Part shown: piece by piece, positions 17,756-27,806 of the stretch
Numbering within the stretch: position 1 is the stretch's first letter
How the letters are laid out: each line of letters begins with the position of its first letter
Assembly (NCBI RefSeq): GCF_047607465.1
Contig: NZ_JASGCY010000061.1
Location: 15,541 to 79,540 of the forward strand
Direction: 5' to 3'
From: Microbacterium sp.
Lineage (GTDB): Bacteria; Actinomycetota; Actinomycetes; Actinomycetales; Microbacteriaceae
DNA: 64,000 bases
Position numbers and translations under genes: made by a program
The notes under the pieces: model-generated
Databases searched by the model: none
The model's input: the letters and a program-made list of their open reading frames with translations, nothing else
Told to the model about the DNA's origin: nothing

Positions 17756-20431
17756 CTACAGTTCGAGCGTTCCCACCGCGCGGATGTCGCGCGACGAGAC
17801 GCCGACGCGCACCTCCGCCACGCCGGTCGCGGCGACCCAGTCGTGGCTGTCCACGTCGAAGTACGAGACCGAGCGCCGCGGGATCGGCACGCGGACGCGC
17901 TCGGACGCGCCGGGCTCGAGATGCACCCTCGCGAATCCGGCGAGCTGCTGCGGCGGCATCGGCACCGGCGCCTGCACATCGCCCGCATACACCTGCACGA
18001 CGGTCGATCCGGCCCGTCCGCCGACGTTGCGCACGGTGACCGCGGCGGTGCCGGCATCCGCCCCCTCTCCGCCTTCGACGACGAGATCCTCGAACTCCCA
18101 GCTCGTGTAGCCGAGGCCGTGGCCGAACGGATACGCGGGGACCAGCTCGTGGGCGTCGAAGCCGCGGTAGCCGACGAAGACGCCCTCGTCGTAGAAGACC
18201 CGACCGTCGACACCAGGGTAGGTGCGAGCCTGCGCGGCCGGCGTCTGGTCGAGCGACAGGGGCAGCGTGAGCGGCAGGCGCCCTGCGGGCTCGACGGCGC
18301 CCGTGAGCACGCGGGCCAGCGCATCGCCCTGCGCCTGACCGGCGAACCAGGCCTGCAGCAGGGCTGCGGGCTCACCGCCCCAGCGCGTCACGTCGACCGG
18401 CGCGCCCGTCATCAGCACGACGACGGTGCGCGGGTTCGCCGCGATCACCGCGCGGATCAGGTCGTCCTGCCCTGCGGGCAGGTTGAGACCAGGCCTGTCA
18501 TCGGCCTCGGCCTCGTAGGAGCGCACGACCACGATCGCGACATCGGATGCTGCGGCGGCCTCGGCCGCCTGCGCGACCGACGGCGCGACCACCCCGGCCG
18601 GCGGCACCCACCCGAGTCGCAGCTTGGCGCCGAGCTGGAACCCCTGCGAGGGGTCGTTCGCCTGATAGTCCAGCTGCAACCGGTACTCGCGCCCCGCCTG
18701 CAGCTGCACCGTGACCTCGTCGACCGACAGGATCCCGTCGCTGCCGTCGCCGCCCGTGCCGTACGGGGTCTCCGCCACGGGGGCGGAGTCCGCGGCCTCG
18801 CCGCCGTCCGCGGCCTCGCCGCCGGCGTGGTCGATCACCACAGGATCCACCACGGGATCCACCACGAGCGGCGCCTCGGCGGCATCCGCTCCGGTGCGGG
18901 CGATCACCTGACCGTCGAGGGTGAAGGTGTAGGTGCCGAGCGAGGTCACGGCGAGCGTGTAGTCGCCCGTGACCGGCACGGTGAACGTGCCGGAGTAGCG
19001 CAACGACATCTGCCCGTTGAGCTCGCCGGGCAGCCGCGTGAAGCGCTGCGATGCGGCGTTGAAGCCGGGGAAGTTGTGGAAGCCGAGCATGAGCTCGATC
19101 TGGCCTTCGGTGCGGACCAGGAAGGGGTCGCCCCCGAAGTCGGTGTTCGTCCAGTACTCGGCACGCAGCCCCACCTCGCCGTCCTGGGTGCGGAAGAAGC
19201 CCGATCCGATGGCGTCCGGCCCCGGCAGCAGCGCGCCGGGCGTCACCGGGTCGCTGCCGTGCACGACCGTGATCTCGACGTCATCGCCGAGCGCGCGCCG
19301 CAGGCCGTCTGCCGGCGAAACCTCCCTGGTGCCGCGCACCTGCGAGCTGCCACCGCCCTGGGCGCTCACGGCGTCGACATCCGGGCCGATCAGAGCCACC
19401 GTGCGCACACCGGCCAGGGGCAACAGGCCGTCATTGCGCAGCAGCACCATGCTGCTCTCGGCGATGCGCTGCGCGACCTCGTGGTGAGCGTCCTCGTCGA
19501 AATCCGTGATGCCCACCGGGTTCTCCAACTGCCCGAGACCGATCAGCGGCCGAAGGATGTTGCGCACCTTCTCGTCGATGACCGCTTCGGCGACCTCACC
19601 GGCCTGCACCGCAGCGAGCAGCTGCGATCCCCAGAAGCCCTCATTGGGCTGCTCCTGGTCAAGACCAGCGTTCGCTGCGGGCGCCGTGGAGTGATTGGCG
19701 CCGTAATCGCTCATGATCCAGCCGCGGAAGCCGAGGTCATCGCGCAGGATGTCGCGCAGCAGCGTCGGGTTCTCGCACGCGAACTCGCCGTTCACGCGGT
19801 TGAACGAGCCCATCATCGAGGCGACCTCGCCGTCGCGGATCAGAGCCTCGAACGACGGCAGATACAGCTCGCGCAGGGTGCGCTCGTCGATCACGGCGTC
19901 GATGCTCCAGCGGTGATCCTCCTGGTTGTTGATCGCGTAGTGCTTGGCGCACGCCTGCACGCCCTGAGCCTGGATGCCGTGCACCACCGCGACCCCGATC
20001 CAGGACTGCAGCAGCGGGTCCTCCCCGAAGGACTCGAAAGTACGTCCGCCGAGCGGTACGCGGGCGATGTCGACGGCCGGGCCGAGAGAGACGTTGTGGT
20101 CGGTCGCACGGCACTCGACGCCGATGACCGTGCCGTACTCGGTGGCGAGCTCCCGGTCCCACGTCGCGGCGAGCGCGATGGGGGCGGGAAGCTGCGTGGC
20201 CTTGCCCTCGTGCACGTCGCCCTTGTTGATGCGGACGCCCGCGGGGCCGTCGGCCATCTGCACGTTCGGCAGGCCGAGCCGCTCGTTGCCACGGGAGAAG
20301 AACCCGTAGTTCCAGTCGAGGTCGCCGGTGACGAAGGCCACCTTGTCCTCCAGTGTCATCTCGGCGAGGTAGCTCTCGACGCGCTCCTCGGTCGCTGCCG
20401 AATCCCAGCTCGCCACGGACTGCTCAGACAT
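17756..20431 (-). CDS. Glycoside hydrolase family 3 beta-glucosidase with inserted PA14-like domain
   Basis: GH3 motifs (GWIMSDYGA nucleophile region, KHYAINNQE). The PA14-like stretch GDYTLAVTSLGTYTFTLDG interrupts the C-terminal domain. Confidence 0.9.
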   Translation of the reverse strand: MSEQSVASWDSAATEERVESYLAEMTLEDKVAFVTGDLDWNYGFFSRGNERLGLPNVQMADGPAGVRINKGDVHEGKATQLPAPIALAATWDRELATEYGTVIGVECRATDHNVSLGPAVDIARVPLGGRTFESFGEDPLLQSWIGVAVVHGIQAQGVQACAKHYAINNQEDHRWSIDAVIDERTLRELYLPSFEALIRDGEVASMMGSFNRVNGEFACENPTLLRDILRDDLGFRGWIMSDYGANHSTAPAANAGLDQEQPNEGFWGSQLLAAVQAGEVAEAVIDEKVRNILRPLIGLGQLENPVGITDFDEDAHHEVAQRIAESSMVLLRNDGLLPLAGVRTVALIGPDVDAVSAQGGGSSQVRGTREVSPADGLRRALGDDVEITVVHGSDPVTPGALLPGPDAIGSGFFRTQDGEVGLRAEYWTNTDFGGDPFLVRTEGQIELMLGFHNFPGFNAASQRFTRLPGELNGQMSLRYSGTFTVPVTGDYTLAVTSLGTYTFTLDGQVIARTGADAAEAPLVVDPVVDPVVIDHAGGEAADGGEAADSAPVAETPYGTGGDGSDGILSVDEVTVQLQAGREYRLQLDYQANDPSQGFQLGAKLRLGWVPPAGVVAPSVAQAAEAAAASDVAIVVVRSYEAEADDRPGLNLPAGQDDLIRAVIAANPRTVVVLMTGAPVDVTRWGGEPAALLQAWFAGQAQGDALARVLTGAVEPAGRLPLTLPLSLDQTPAAQARTYPGVDGRVFYDEGVFVGYRGFDAHELVPAYPFGHGLGYTSWEFEDLVVEGGEGADAGTAAVTVRNVGGRAGSTVVQVYAGDVQAPVPMPPQQLAGFARVHLEPGASERVRVPIPRRSVSYFDVDSHDWVAATGVAEVRVGVSSRDIRAVGTLEL

Positions 20432-20581
20432 GCACACGCTCCATCGGGTCTGCGGCGCCACGACGATGTGGCCCGTTTCGATGAGAGTCTCGCGCGAAAC
20501 CCGTAGCGAGTCAAGTATTCAGATTCGGGGCGGGGTTCCTCACGCGCCGGTCTCGTGACGGCAGGGCGGATGCCGCAGCGG

Positions 20582-22108
20582 CTACGGCCTCCAGGTGCGC
20601 TCGAAGGGCAGCCGCCAGGCGTTCGGGGCGATGAGCTGATGGATCGCGTTCGGCCCCCAGGTGCCAGGAGCGTACATCTTCACGGCAGGCGGGTTCTCCA
20701 GCAGCGGGGCCGAGCGTTCCCACAGCGACTCGATGCCCTCGGCGGTCGTGAACAGCGTGTGGTCACCGCGCATCGCGTCGAGGATCAGCCGCTCGTACGC
20801 CTCCAGCACATCGGAGGCGCGCTCCGTCCCCTCGGTGGAGAACTGCATCGACAGCTTCTCCAGCCGCATTCCGGGCCCTGGCCGCTTGCCGTAGAACGAC
20901 AGCGACACCTTCGACTCGTCCGCCAGGTCGAAGGTCAGGTGATCAGGGCCTGCCGCCCCGATTCCCGAGTTCGCCGGGAACATCGACTTCGGCGCCTCCT
21001 TGAAGGCGATCGAGATGATCCGCATGCCCTCGGCCATGCGCTTGCCGGTGCGCAGATAGAACGGCACCCCGGCCCAGCGCCAGTTGTCGATACGCGCGCG
21101 CAGCGCGATGAACGTCTCCGTGTCGGAGTCGGGGTTCACGCCCGGCTCGTTGCGGTAGCCCGAGTACTGGCCGCGCACGGCATCCTCCGGCAGGATCGGC
21201 TCCAGGGAGCGGAAGACCTTGTTCTTCTCCTCGGAGATCGCCCGCGGCTCGAGCGCCGTCGGCGGCTCCATCGCCACGAACGCGAGCACCTGCAGCAGGT
21301 GCGTCACGACCATGTCCTTGTAGGCACCCGTCGGCTCGTAGAACGCCGCCCTGGCATCGAGACCGAGCGCTTCCGGCACGTCGATCTGGATGTGGTCGAT
21401 GAAGTTGCGGTTCCAGATCGGCTCGAACAGACCGTTCGCGAACCGAAACGCGAGGATGTTCTGCGCCGCTTCCTTCCCCAGGAAGTGGTCGATCCGGAAG
21501 ATCTGTCGCTCCTGGAAGGTGCGGTGGATCTCGGCGTTCAGGGCGACGGCTGTTTCCAGATCCTCGCCGAAGGGCTTCTCCATGATGACCCGCGAGTGCG
21601 CCACCAGCTTCGCCTGCTCGATGGTGTCGATGACCGCCCCTGCGGCCCTCGGCGGCACGCTGAGGTAGTGCAGCCGCCGCACGCCCTTGCCCAGCTGCTC
21701 CTCGGCCGCTGCGACCTTGGCGGCCAGCGCTGCGGGTCCCGCCCCGGTGGGGACGTACGACAGCAGCGGCGCGAACTGCTCCCACTGCTCGTCGGTGAGC
21801 TTGCGCGCGCCGACGGCGTCGATGGACTCGCGGGCGAAAGTGCGGAACTCGTCGTCATCGAGCTCGTCCAGCGAGGTGCCGACGACACGGATGCCGCCGG
21901 TGAACCCCGATACGGCGAGGAAACCGATCCCCGACAGGAGCTTGCGCCTGGCGAGGTCTCCGGTCGCGCCGAACAGCACTATCACGTGCGGCGCGGCCTC
22001 AGGCCCCTCCTTGCGCGCGTGGGAGTTGCCCCCGGGATAGGCGACGGTCTGCGGCTTCGCCGCAGCATCCGGCTTCCTCGGCGCCCTGCGCTCAGCCTGC
22101 GTCGACAT
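20582..22108 (-). CDS. zwf: Glucose-6-phosphate 1-dehydrogenase
   Basis: GATGDLARRKL, EKPFG, RIDHFLGKE. Start at the internal ATG (MSTQAERR) preceded by AGGAGG. Confidence 0.93.
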   Translation of the reverse strand: MSTQAERRAPRKPDAAAKPQTVAYPGGNSHARKEGPEAAPHVIVLFGATGDLARRKLLSGIGFLAVSGFTGGIRVVGTSLDELDDDEFRTFARESIDAVGARKLTDEQWEQFAPLLSYVPTGAGPAALAAKVAAAEEQLGKGVRRLHYLSVPPRAAGAVIDTIEQAKLVAHSRVIMEKPFGEDLETAVALNAEIHRTFQERQIFRIDHFLGKEAAQNILAFRFANGLFEPIWNRNFIDHIQIDVPEALGLDARAAFYEPTGAYKDMVVTHLLQVLAFVAMEPPTALEPRAISEEKNKVFRSLEPILPEDAVRGQYSGYRNEPGVNPDSDTETFIALRARIDNWRWAGVPFYLRTGKRMAEGMRIISIAFKEAPKSMFPANSGIGAAGPDHLTFDLADESKVSLSFYGKRPGPGMRLEKLSMQFSTEGTERASDVLEAYERLILDAMRGDHTLFTTAEGIESLWERSAPLLENPPAVKMYAPGTWGPNAIHQLIAPNAWRLPFERTWRP

Positions 22109-23147
22109 TGCGTCCTCCTGCCTCCAGCACGTCTCCAGCCGGACGTTCCTGGTGCCCACCGAACTGCAACCGCATGGCCGAGAGGACCTGGTTCGCGAAG
22201 CGATCCTCGTCGCGCGAGGCGAAGCGCTCGAAGAGGGATGCCGCGAGCACCGGTACCGGCACGCCGACGTCGACCGCGGCCTTGACGGTCCAGCGCCCCT
22301 CCCCGGAGTCCGAGACGCGGCCGGCGAGACCGTCGAGCCGGGGGTTCGCGTGCAGGGCGGCCGCGGTGAGATCGAGCAGCCACGACGACACGACCGATCC
22401 GCGCCGCCAGAGCTCGGCGACCTTGGCGGTGTCGATCGGGAACTGGTAGTACTCCGGCTCCTCCAGCGGCGCGACCTCGGCGGAGTGCTCGGCCTCGCGG
22501 ATGCCGGCATCGGCGTTCTCGAGCAGGTTGAGACCCTCGGCGATCGCGGCCATGATGCCGTACTCGATGCCGTTGTGCACCATCTTCACGAAGTGGCCGG
22601 CCCCGGACGGCCCGCAGTGCAGGAAGCCCTGCTCCTCCGGGGCGAGGTCGCCGGAACGACCCGGGGTGCGCTCGACGTCGCCGACGCCGGGGGCGATCGT
22701 GCGCAGGATCGGCTCGATGCGCGTCACCGCGGCATCCGATCCGCCGACCATCAGGCAGTAGCCGCGTTCGAGGCCGAAGACCCCGCCGCTGGTGCCGATG
22801 TCGACGAACTCGACGCCGCGCTCCCGCAATGCCGCCGCGCGGCGGACGTCGTCGCGGTAGTTCGAGTTGCCTCCGTCGATGATGACGTCGCCGGCGTCGA
22901 GCACCGCCGCCACCTCATCGACGACCTGTCCGGTGAGGGAGGCGGGCACCATGAGCCAGACCACCCGCGGCGCCGTCAGCTTGGCGGCGATGTCCGCGTA
23001 GCTGTCGGCCCCGATCGCCCCCTCCGCGACGAGCGTCGCCACCGCCGACGCGTTCACGTCGTAGACCACGCACTCGTGTCCTGCGCGCATGAGGCGCCGC
23101 ACGATATTGGCCCCCATCCGCCCGAGCCCCACCATCGCCAGCTGCAT
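22092..23147 (-). CDS. gnd: 6-phosphogluconate dehydrogenase, decarboxylating (short Gnd/YqeC-like form)
   Basis: MVGLGRMGANIVRRL Rossmann motif and GAGHFVKMVHNGIEYG. 17-nt overlap with the zwf start. Confidence 0.9.
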   Translation of the reverse strand: MQLAMVGLGRMGANIVRRLMRAGHECVVYDVNASAVATLVAEGAIGADSYADIAAKLTAPRVVWLMVPASLTGQVVDEVAAVLDAGDVIIDGGNSNYRDDVRRAAALRERGVEFVDIGTSGGVFGLERGYCLMVGGSDAAVTRIEPILRTIAPGVGDVERTPGRSGDLAPEEQGFLHCGPSGAGHFVKMVHNGIEYGIMAAIAEGLNLLENADAGIREAEHSAEVAPLEEPEYYQFPIDTAKVAELWRRGSVVSSWLLDLTAAALHANPRLDGLAGRVSDSGEGRWTVKAAVDVGVPVPVLAASLFERFASRDEDRFANQVLSAMRLQFGGHQERPAGDVLEAGGRNVDAG

Positions 23148-23236
23148 GTTCGCTCCTCACGCCACAGACGGCCCCGTGCGGCCGGATGCGCTCATATTGG
23201 CACGCTCTGCGCAATCCCTCAATGCCTTCGGCATTC

Positions 23237-23260
23237 AAAACCCGTATTGATTAAGGTTTA
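23237..23260. promoter_or_regulatory. Candidate operator AAAACC-N9-TAAGGTTT upstream of the GH3 gene
   Basis: aaaacccgtattgattaaggttta. A similar inverted motif occurs at 27731-27753 upstream of another GH3 gene. Confidence 0.3.
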
Positions 23261-23269
23261 CGTGCGAGG

Positions 23270-25567
23270 ATGATCGGCATGAGCGCCCTGATGCCGTACC
23301 AGGACCCCTCGCTGGCGGTCTCCGACCGTGTCGCCGATCTCGTCTCGCGCATGACCGTGGAAGAGAAGATCGGGCAGATGATGCAGCTCGACGCACGCGG
23401 CGACCTCGACGAGCTGGTGCTGAACGTCCATGTCGGCTCGATCCTGCACACCTCCCCCGAGCGCATCGTCCGCGCCCAGGAGCTCACGGCGCAGACCCGG
23501 CTCGGCATCCCGCTGCTCGTCGGTGAGGACTGCATCCACGGCCACTCGTTCTGGGAGGGTGCGACGATCTACCCGACCCAGTTGGGCATGGCGGCATCCT
23601 GGGATCCCGATCTTCTGGAGCGGGTCGCCAGGGCGACCGCGGTCGAGGTGTCGGCGACCGGCGTGCACTGGACGTTCTCGCCGGTGCTGTGCATCGCCCG
23701 CGACCTGCGCTGGGGCCGCGTCGACGAGACCTTCGGCGAGGACCCGTTCCTGATCGGAGAGCTGGCGAGCGCGATGGTGCGCGGCTACCAGGGCGAAGGC
23801 CTCGCCGACACCACCGCCATCCTCGCGACGGCCAAGCACTTCGCCGGCTACTCCGAGACCCAGGGCGGGAGGGATGCCGCTGAGGCCGACATCTCGCGCC
23901 GCAAACTGCGCTCCTGGTTCCTGCCGCCGTTCGAACGCGTGGCCAGGGAGGGATGCCGCACCTTCATGCTCGGCTACCAGTCGATCGACGGGGTCCCCGT
24001 GACCGTGAACGACTGGCTGCTCAGCGACGTGCTCCGAGGCGAATGGGGCTACACCGGCACGCTGATCACCGATTGGGACAACGTCGGCCGCATGGTTTGG
24101 GAGCAGCGCGTGCAGCCCGACTACGCGCATGCGTCGGCCGCCGCCGTGAAGGCGGGCAACGACCTCGTCATGACGACGCCCGGCTTCTTCGACGGCGCGC
24201 TGCAGGCGATCGCCGACGGACTGCTCTCCGAGAGCGAGCTCGACGTCGCGGTCGCCCGCATCCTGACCCTGAAGTTCGAGCTCGGCCTGTTCGAGAACCC
24301 CCGGCGCCCCGACCCGGCACGCATCGCCGACGCCGTCGGCACCGTGGAGCACGCGGCCCTCAACCTCGAAGCCGCCCGGCGCTCGCTCGTGCTGCTGCGC
24401 AACGAAGAGCAGGCGCTGCCCCTGGCCGGCGGCTACGACGCGGATGCCGATGGCAGATCGACCGGTGGCGACCCCGCTCCGCGGCGGATCGCCGTCATCG
24501 GCCCGCTCGCCGATGACGCGCAGACGCAACTCGGCGACTGGGCGGGCGGCTCCGGTCAGGCCGGCTGGCTCGACGGACAGCCGCGGGAGATGATCACGAC
24601 CGTGCTCGACGGCATCCGCGCGCACGTTCCGGCGAACTGGAGCGTCACGTACGCCCCCGGCGCCGAGATCCTCACCCTCTCACCGGACCCCCGCGGCGAG
24701 ACGTTCGCCGACGGGCAGCCGCGCCCGCCGATCGCCTGCGCGTGCGCCCCCGACGAGCGGCTGATCGCGGATGCCGTCGCCGACGCGCAGCGCGCGGACT
24801 ACGTGGTCGCGGTCGTCGGCGACCGCATCGAGCTCGTGGGCGAGGGCCGCTCGACCGCGACCTTGGAACTGCTCGGCGGACAGAACGCACTGCTGGACGC
24901 GCTCGCCGCCACCGGAAAACCGCTGATCGTGGTGCTGCTCGCCTCGAAGCCGCTGGTGCTGCCGGCATCCGCTCGCCACGCCGACGCAGTGATCTGGGCC
25001 GCCAACCCCGGCATGCAGGGCGGCAGGGCCGTCGCGGAGCTGCTGCTCGGCCTGATCGAGCCGTCCGGACGCCTGCCGATCTCCTTCGCCCGCCACGTCG
25101 GGCAGCAGCCGACCTACTACAACCAGATCCGCGGACAGCACGGAGACCGCTACGCCGATCTCACGCAGGAACCGGCCTGGGCCTTCGGTGAGGGCCTGTC
25201 GTACACGTGGATCGAGTACGAGGACCTCGTGCTCGACGAGGACGCGGTTCCGGCCGACGGCGTGCTCGCGGCGGAGATCACCCTGCGCAACGTCGGCGAG
25301 CGCCCGTCCCTCGAAACCGTGCAGGTCTACGTCAGCGACCTGGTGACCTCGGTGAGCTGGGCGGAGCAGGAGCTCAAGGCCTACCGTCAGGTGTCGGTGC
25401 AGCCAGGAGAGTCCGTGCGGGTGCGCATCGAGCTGCCGGTGGCGGGGCTGACGATCGTCGACGCCGAGGGCGACCGGCTCGTCGAGCCGGGGGAGTTCGA
25501 GCTGCGCGTCGGCCGCTCCAGCAGAGACCCGTGGCTCCAGCGCGCGGTGTTCCGCGTCGAGGGATGA
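23270..25567 (+). CDS. Glycoside hydrolase family 3 beta-glucosidase (BglX-like)
   Basis: GEDCIHGH, KHFAGYS, GTLITDWDNV. Start may be 23279. Confidence 0.9.
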   Translation: MIGMSALMPYQDPSLAVSDRVADLVSRMTVEEKIGQMMQLDARGDLDELVLNVHVGSILHTSPERIVRAQELTAQTRLGIPLLVGEDCIHGHSFWEGATIYPTQLGMAASWDPDLLERVARATAVEVSATGVHWTFSPVLCIARDLRWGRVDETFGEDPFLIGELASAMVRGYQGEGLADTTAILATAKHFAGYSETQGGRDAAEADISRRKLRSWFLPPFERVAREGCRTFMLGYQSIDGVPVTVNDWLLSDVLRGEWGYTGTLITDWDNVGRMVWEQRVQPDYAHASAAAVKAGNDLVMTTPGFFDGALQAIADGLLSESELDVAVARILTLKFELGLFENPRRPDPARIADAVGTVEHAALNLEAARRSLVLLRNEEQALPLAGGYDADADGRSTGGDPAPRRIAVIGPLADDAQTQLGDWAGGSGQAGWLDGQPREMITTVLDGIRAHVPANWSVTYAPGAEILTLSPDPRGETFADGQPRPPIACACAPDERLIADAVADAQRADYVVAVVGDRIELVGEGRSTATLELLGGQNALLDALAATGKPLIVVLLASKPLVLPASARHADAVIWAANPGMQGGRAVAELLLGLIEPSGRLPISFARHVGQQPTYYNQIRGQHGDRYADLTQEPAWAFGEGLSYTWIEYEDLVLDEDAVPADGVLAAEITLRNVGERPSLETVQVYVSDLVTSVSWAEQELKAYRQVSVQPGESVRVRIELPVAGLTIVDAEGDRLVEPGEFELRVGRSSRDPWLQRAVFRVEG

Positions 25568-25576
25568 AGCGCAGGA

Positions 25577-26173
25577 TCAGGCCTCGGCAGCGCCGAGGTG
25601 CGACAGGGCGGCGATGCCGCCCCACATCGCCCTGAGCCGCGCGATCATGTCGATCGAGCGGTCGAGCAGCCACTGCTGCTGCAGCCCGTCTGCAGTGGCG
25701 ATGATGATGTCTGCGACCAGGTCGGCATCGACGTTCGGGCCGAACTCGCCGCTCTCCTGGGCGGCGGCGATCGACTGCTTCGACAGTTCGCGCACCCATT
25801 CGTAGCGCTCGAGGAAGTACTCGTGCGCCGGATGCTTGCCGATGCTCGCCTCCGCAGAGAACTCCACGTACAGCTGCACGAGACCTGGTACCCGGGTGTT
25901 GTGCTCCATGACCTCGAGAAACCCCTCGAAGTTCGGGCTGCCGACCCAGTGCGCCTCGGTGTCGCGCTCGTCCCGCGCGCGCAGCACCGCCATGTAGAGC
26001 TCTTCGCGCGAACCGAAGTAGTGCATCAGCCCCGGCTGCGTGAGCCCGACACGACGAGCGATCTCGCGATTCGAGGCGTTGCGGCATCCGAACTCCGCCA
26101 CGACATCGAGCGCCACGGCGAGGATCTCCTCCCGTTTCGCTGCCCCCTTGGCGTACTGCCCCCGACGATTCAT
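25577..26173 (-). CDS. TetR-family transcriptional regulator
   Basis: HTH NASNREIARRVGLTQPGLMHYFGSREEL. Confidence 0.9.
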   Translation of the reverse strand: MNRRGQYAKGAAKREEILAVALDVVAEFGCRNASNREIARRVGLTQPGLMHYFGSREELYMAVLRARDERDTEAHWVGSPNFEGFLEVMEHNTRVPGLVQLYVEFSAEASIGKHPAHEYFLERYEWVRELSKQSIAAAQESGEFGPNVDADLVADIIIATADGLQQQWLLDRSIDMIARLRAMWGGIAALSHLGAAEA

Positions 26174-26296
26174 CGACTTAAGTCTATGAGCTAAAGCGAA
26201 TGGTCATGTGAACGCTCCCCTTCGTGCGCCCGTATGGCTGATGGGGCGGTCGGACGCTCCTGCGAGCATCCGACCGCCCCACCCTGAATCGGCCGG

Positions 26297-27646
26297 TTAC
26301 TTGACCTTCTTGATCGGCAGGATCACGAGGGCGCCGATCAGGCACAAGACGGCGCAGACGGTGAACCAGACGGCGTAGTCGTCTCCGTTCGCTCCGCCGG
26401 TGAAGGCCAGCACGATGCCGCCGATCATCGGCGCGAAGGTCTGCGGCAGCGCGTTCGCGATGTTCAGCACGCCGAGGTCCTTCCCGGAGTCGTCCGGGTT
26501 CGGCAGCACGTCGATCACGAGGGCGAGGTCCACGCCCACGTAGATGCCGTATGCCGCCCCCAGGAGCCCCTCGAGGATGTAGAAGGCCGAAACGTCCTGG
26601 ACGAAGATCAGCGCGAAGGTCCCCACCGCGAACAGGGCCGTGGACGACCACACGAAGATCTTGCGCTTGCCGATCTTGTCGGAGAGCTTGCCTGCGACCC
26701 AGGCGGTGATGATCAGCGCACCGGTGTAGATGAGCGTGGTGTTGGCGATCAGCGCGGTGACCTCAGCCTCGGGCACGCCGATGTGGAACTGCAGGTAGGC
26801 GAACCGGAACGCGGTGAACCCGAAGCTCGCGAACGTGATGAGGAAGCGGGACCACCACGCCAGAGCGAAGTCGGGGTGCTTGAGGGGGCTGACCCAGAAC
26901 GTCTCGATGATCTCGCCGAACGTCATACGCGGCGGCTTCGCCGGCAGGACCTTGTCCGGCAGGACGATGACGAACACGACCATCGCCAGGATCGCGAGGA
27001 TCGACGGGATCACGAAGACGATGAAGAGGCTGAAGGAGAACCAGTTCGCGACGTACACGCCGCCGACGATGCCGATGTTCTGGGCGATTCCCAGTGCAGC
27101 GGTGATCCCGCCTCGCTGGAACTTCGGCACCTGGTCGGCCATGGTCGCGATGAAGGGTGCGAGCGTCATGTTGGCGCCCAACTGCGCGATGGCCCAGCCG
27201 ACTGTTGCGAGCGCCAGGCTGTCGCCCAGAGCCATCACGACGAAGCCGACGGTCATCACGACCGTGCCGAGCACGACCCAGATCCGGCGGCGTCCCCATC
27301 GGCTGGTCGTGCGGTCGGAGACGCGCCCGAAGACGACGTTCGCCACCGTGGCGAAGAATGCGCCGACACCGCCCAGAATCGCCGATGCCGTGATGAACGA
27401 CTGCCCACCGGCCGCGATCGCTCCGGAGTCCTGAAGGGCATTGATCTTCATGCCGATCCCGACGATGGCGGGCCCGAGCAGGGCGATGAAGAAGATGAGC
27501 TGGGCGATCAGCAACCACGTCACATACGTCTTGCTCGCCGGCTCGGTCGGCTCCTTGAACCAGTGATGCTCGTGCGAGCCGATCGTGCGACTCGCCGATG
27601 TCATCCCTGATGGCGTGCCCGCGGCTGATCCGCTGACTGACGACAT
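26297..27646 (-). CDS. MFS transporter (glycoside/GPH-like)
   Basis: About 12 TM segments. GRVSDRTTSRWGRRR loop motif. Sits inside the glycosidase cluster. Confidence 0.85.
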   Translation of the reverse strand: MSSVSGSAAGTPSGMTSASRTIGSHEHHWFKEPTEPASKTYVTWLLIAQLIFFIALLGPAIVGIGMKINALQDSGAIAAGGQSFITASAILGGVGAFFATVANVVFGRVSDRTTSRWGRRRIWVVLGTVVMTVGFVVMALGDSLALATVGWAIAQLGANMTLAPFIATMADQVPKFQRGGITAALGIAQNIGIVGGVYVANWFSFSLFIVFVIPSILAILAMVVFVIVLPDKVLPAKPPRMTFGEIIETFWVSPLKHPDFALAWWSRFLITFASFGFTAFRFAYLQFHIGVPEAEVTALIANTTLIYTGALIITAWVAGKLSDKIGKRKIFVWSSTALFAVGTFALIFVQDVSAFYILEGLLGAAYGIYVGVDLALVIDVLPNPDDSGKDLGVLNIANALPQTFAPMIGGIVLAFTGGANGDDYAVWFTVCAVLCLIGALVILPIKKVK

Positions 27647-27730
27647 ATACCTGCCTCCTTTGGCTGGTTTCGCTTCCGGGGCCCCGCGACGACGCGTATG
27701 CCGCCGTGTGGTGACCCCCCCTTGTCGATG

Positions 27731-27753
27731 AAAACCTAGACCGCTAAGGTTTC
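27731..27753. promoter_or_regulatory. Candidate operator AAAACC-N8-TAAGGTTT in the divergent MFS/GH3 promoter region
   Basis: aaaacctagaccgctaaggtttc. See 23237-23260. Confidence 0.3.
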
Positions 27754-27806
27754 CAGCACAAGAGGCATTTCCAGAACTTTCCCAGCTTCAGGATCGAGGA
27801 CGATCA

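Noticed and set aside
17720-20506. 928-aa ORF on the plus strand
   Set aside because: It is antisense to the GH3/PA14 gene, which carries clear catalytic motifs. The plus-strand product is low-complexity and Arg/Gly/His-rich.
22109-22510. 134-aa N-terminal extension of the zwf ORF
   Set aside because: It overlaps the gnd coding region in another frame. The canonical zwf N-terminus and an AGGAGG site occur at 22108.
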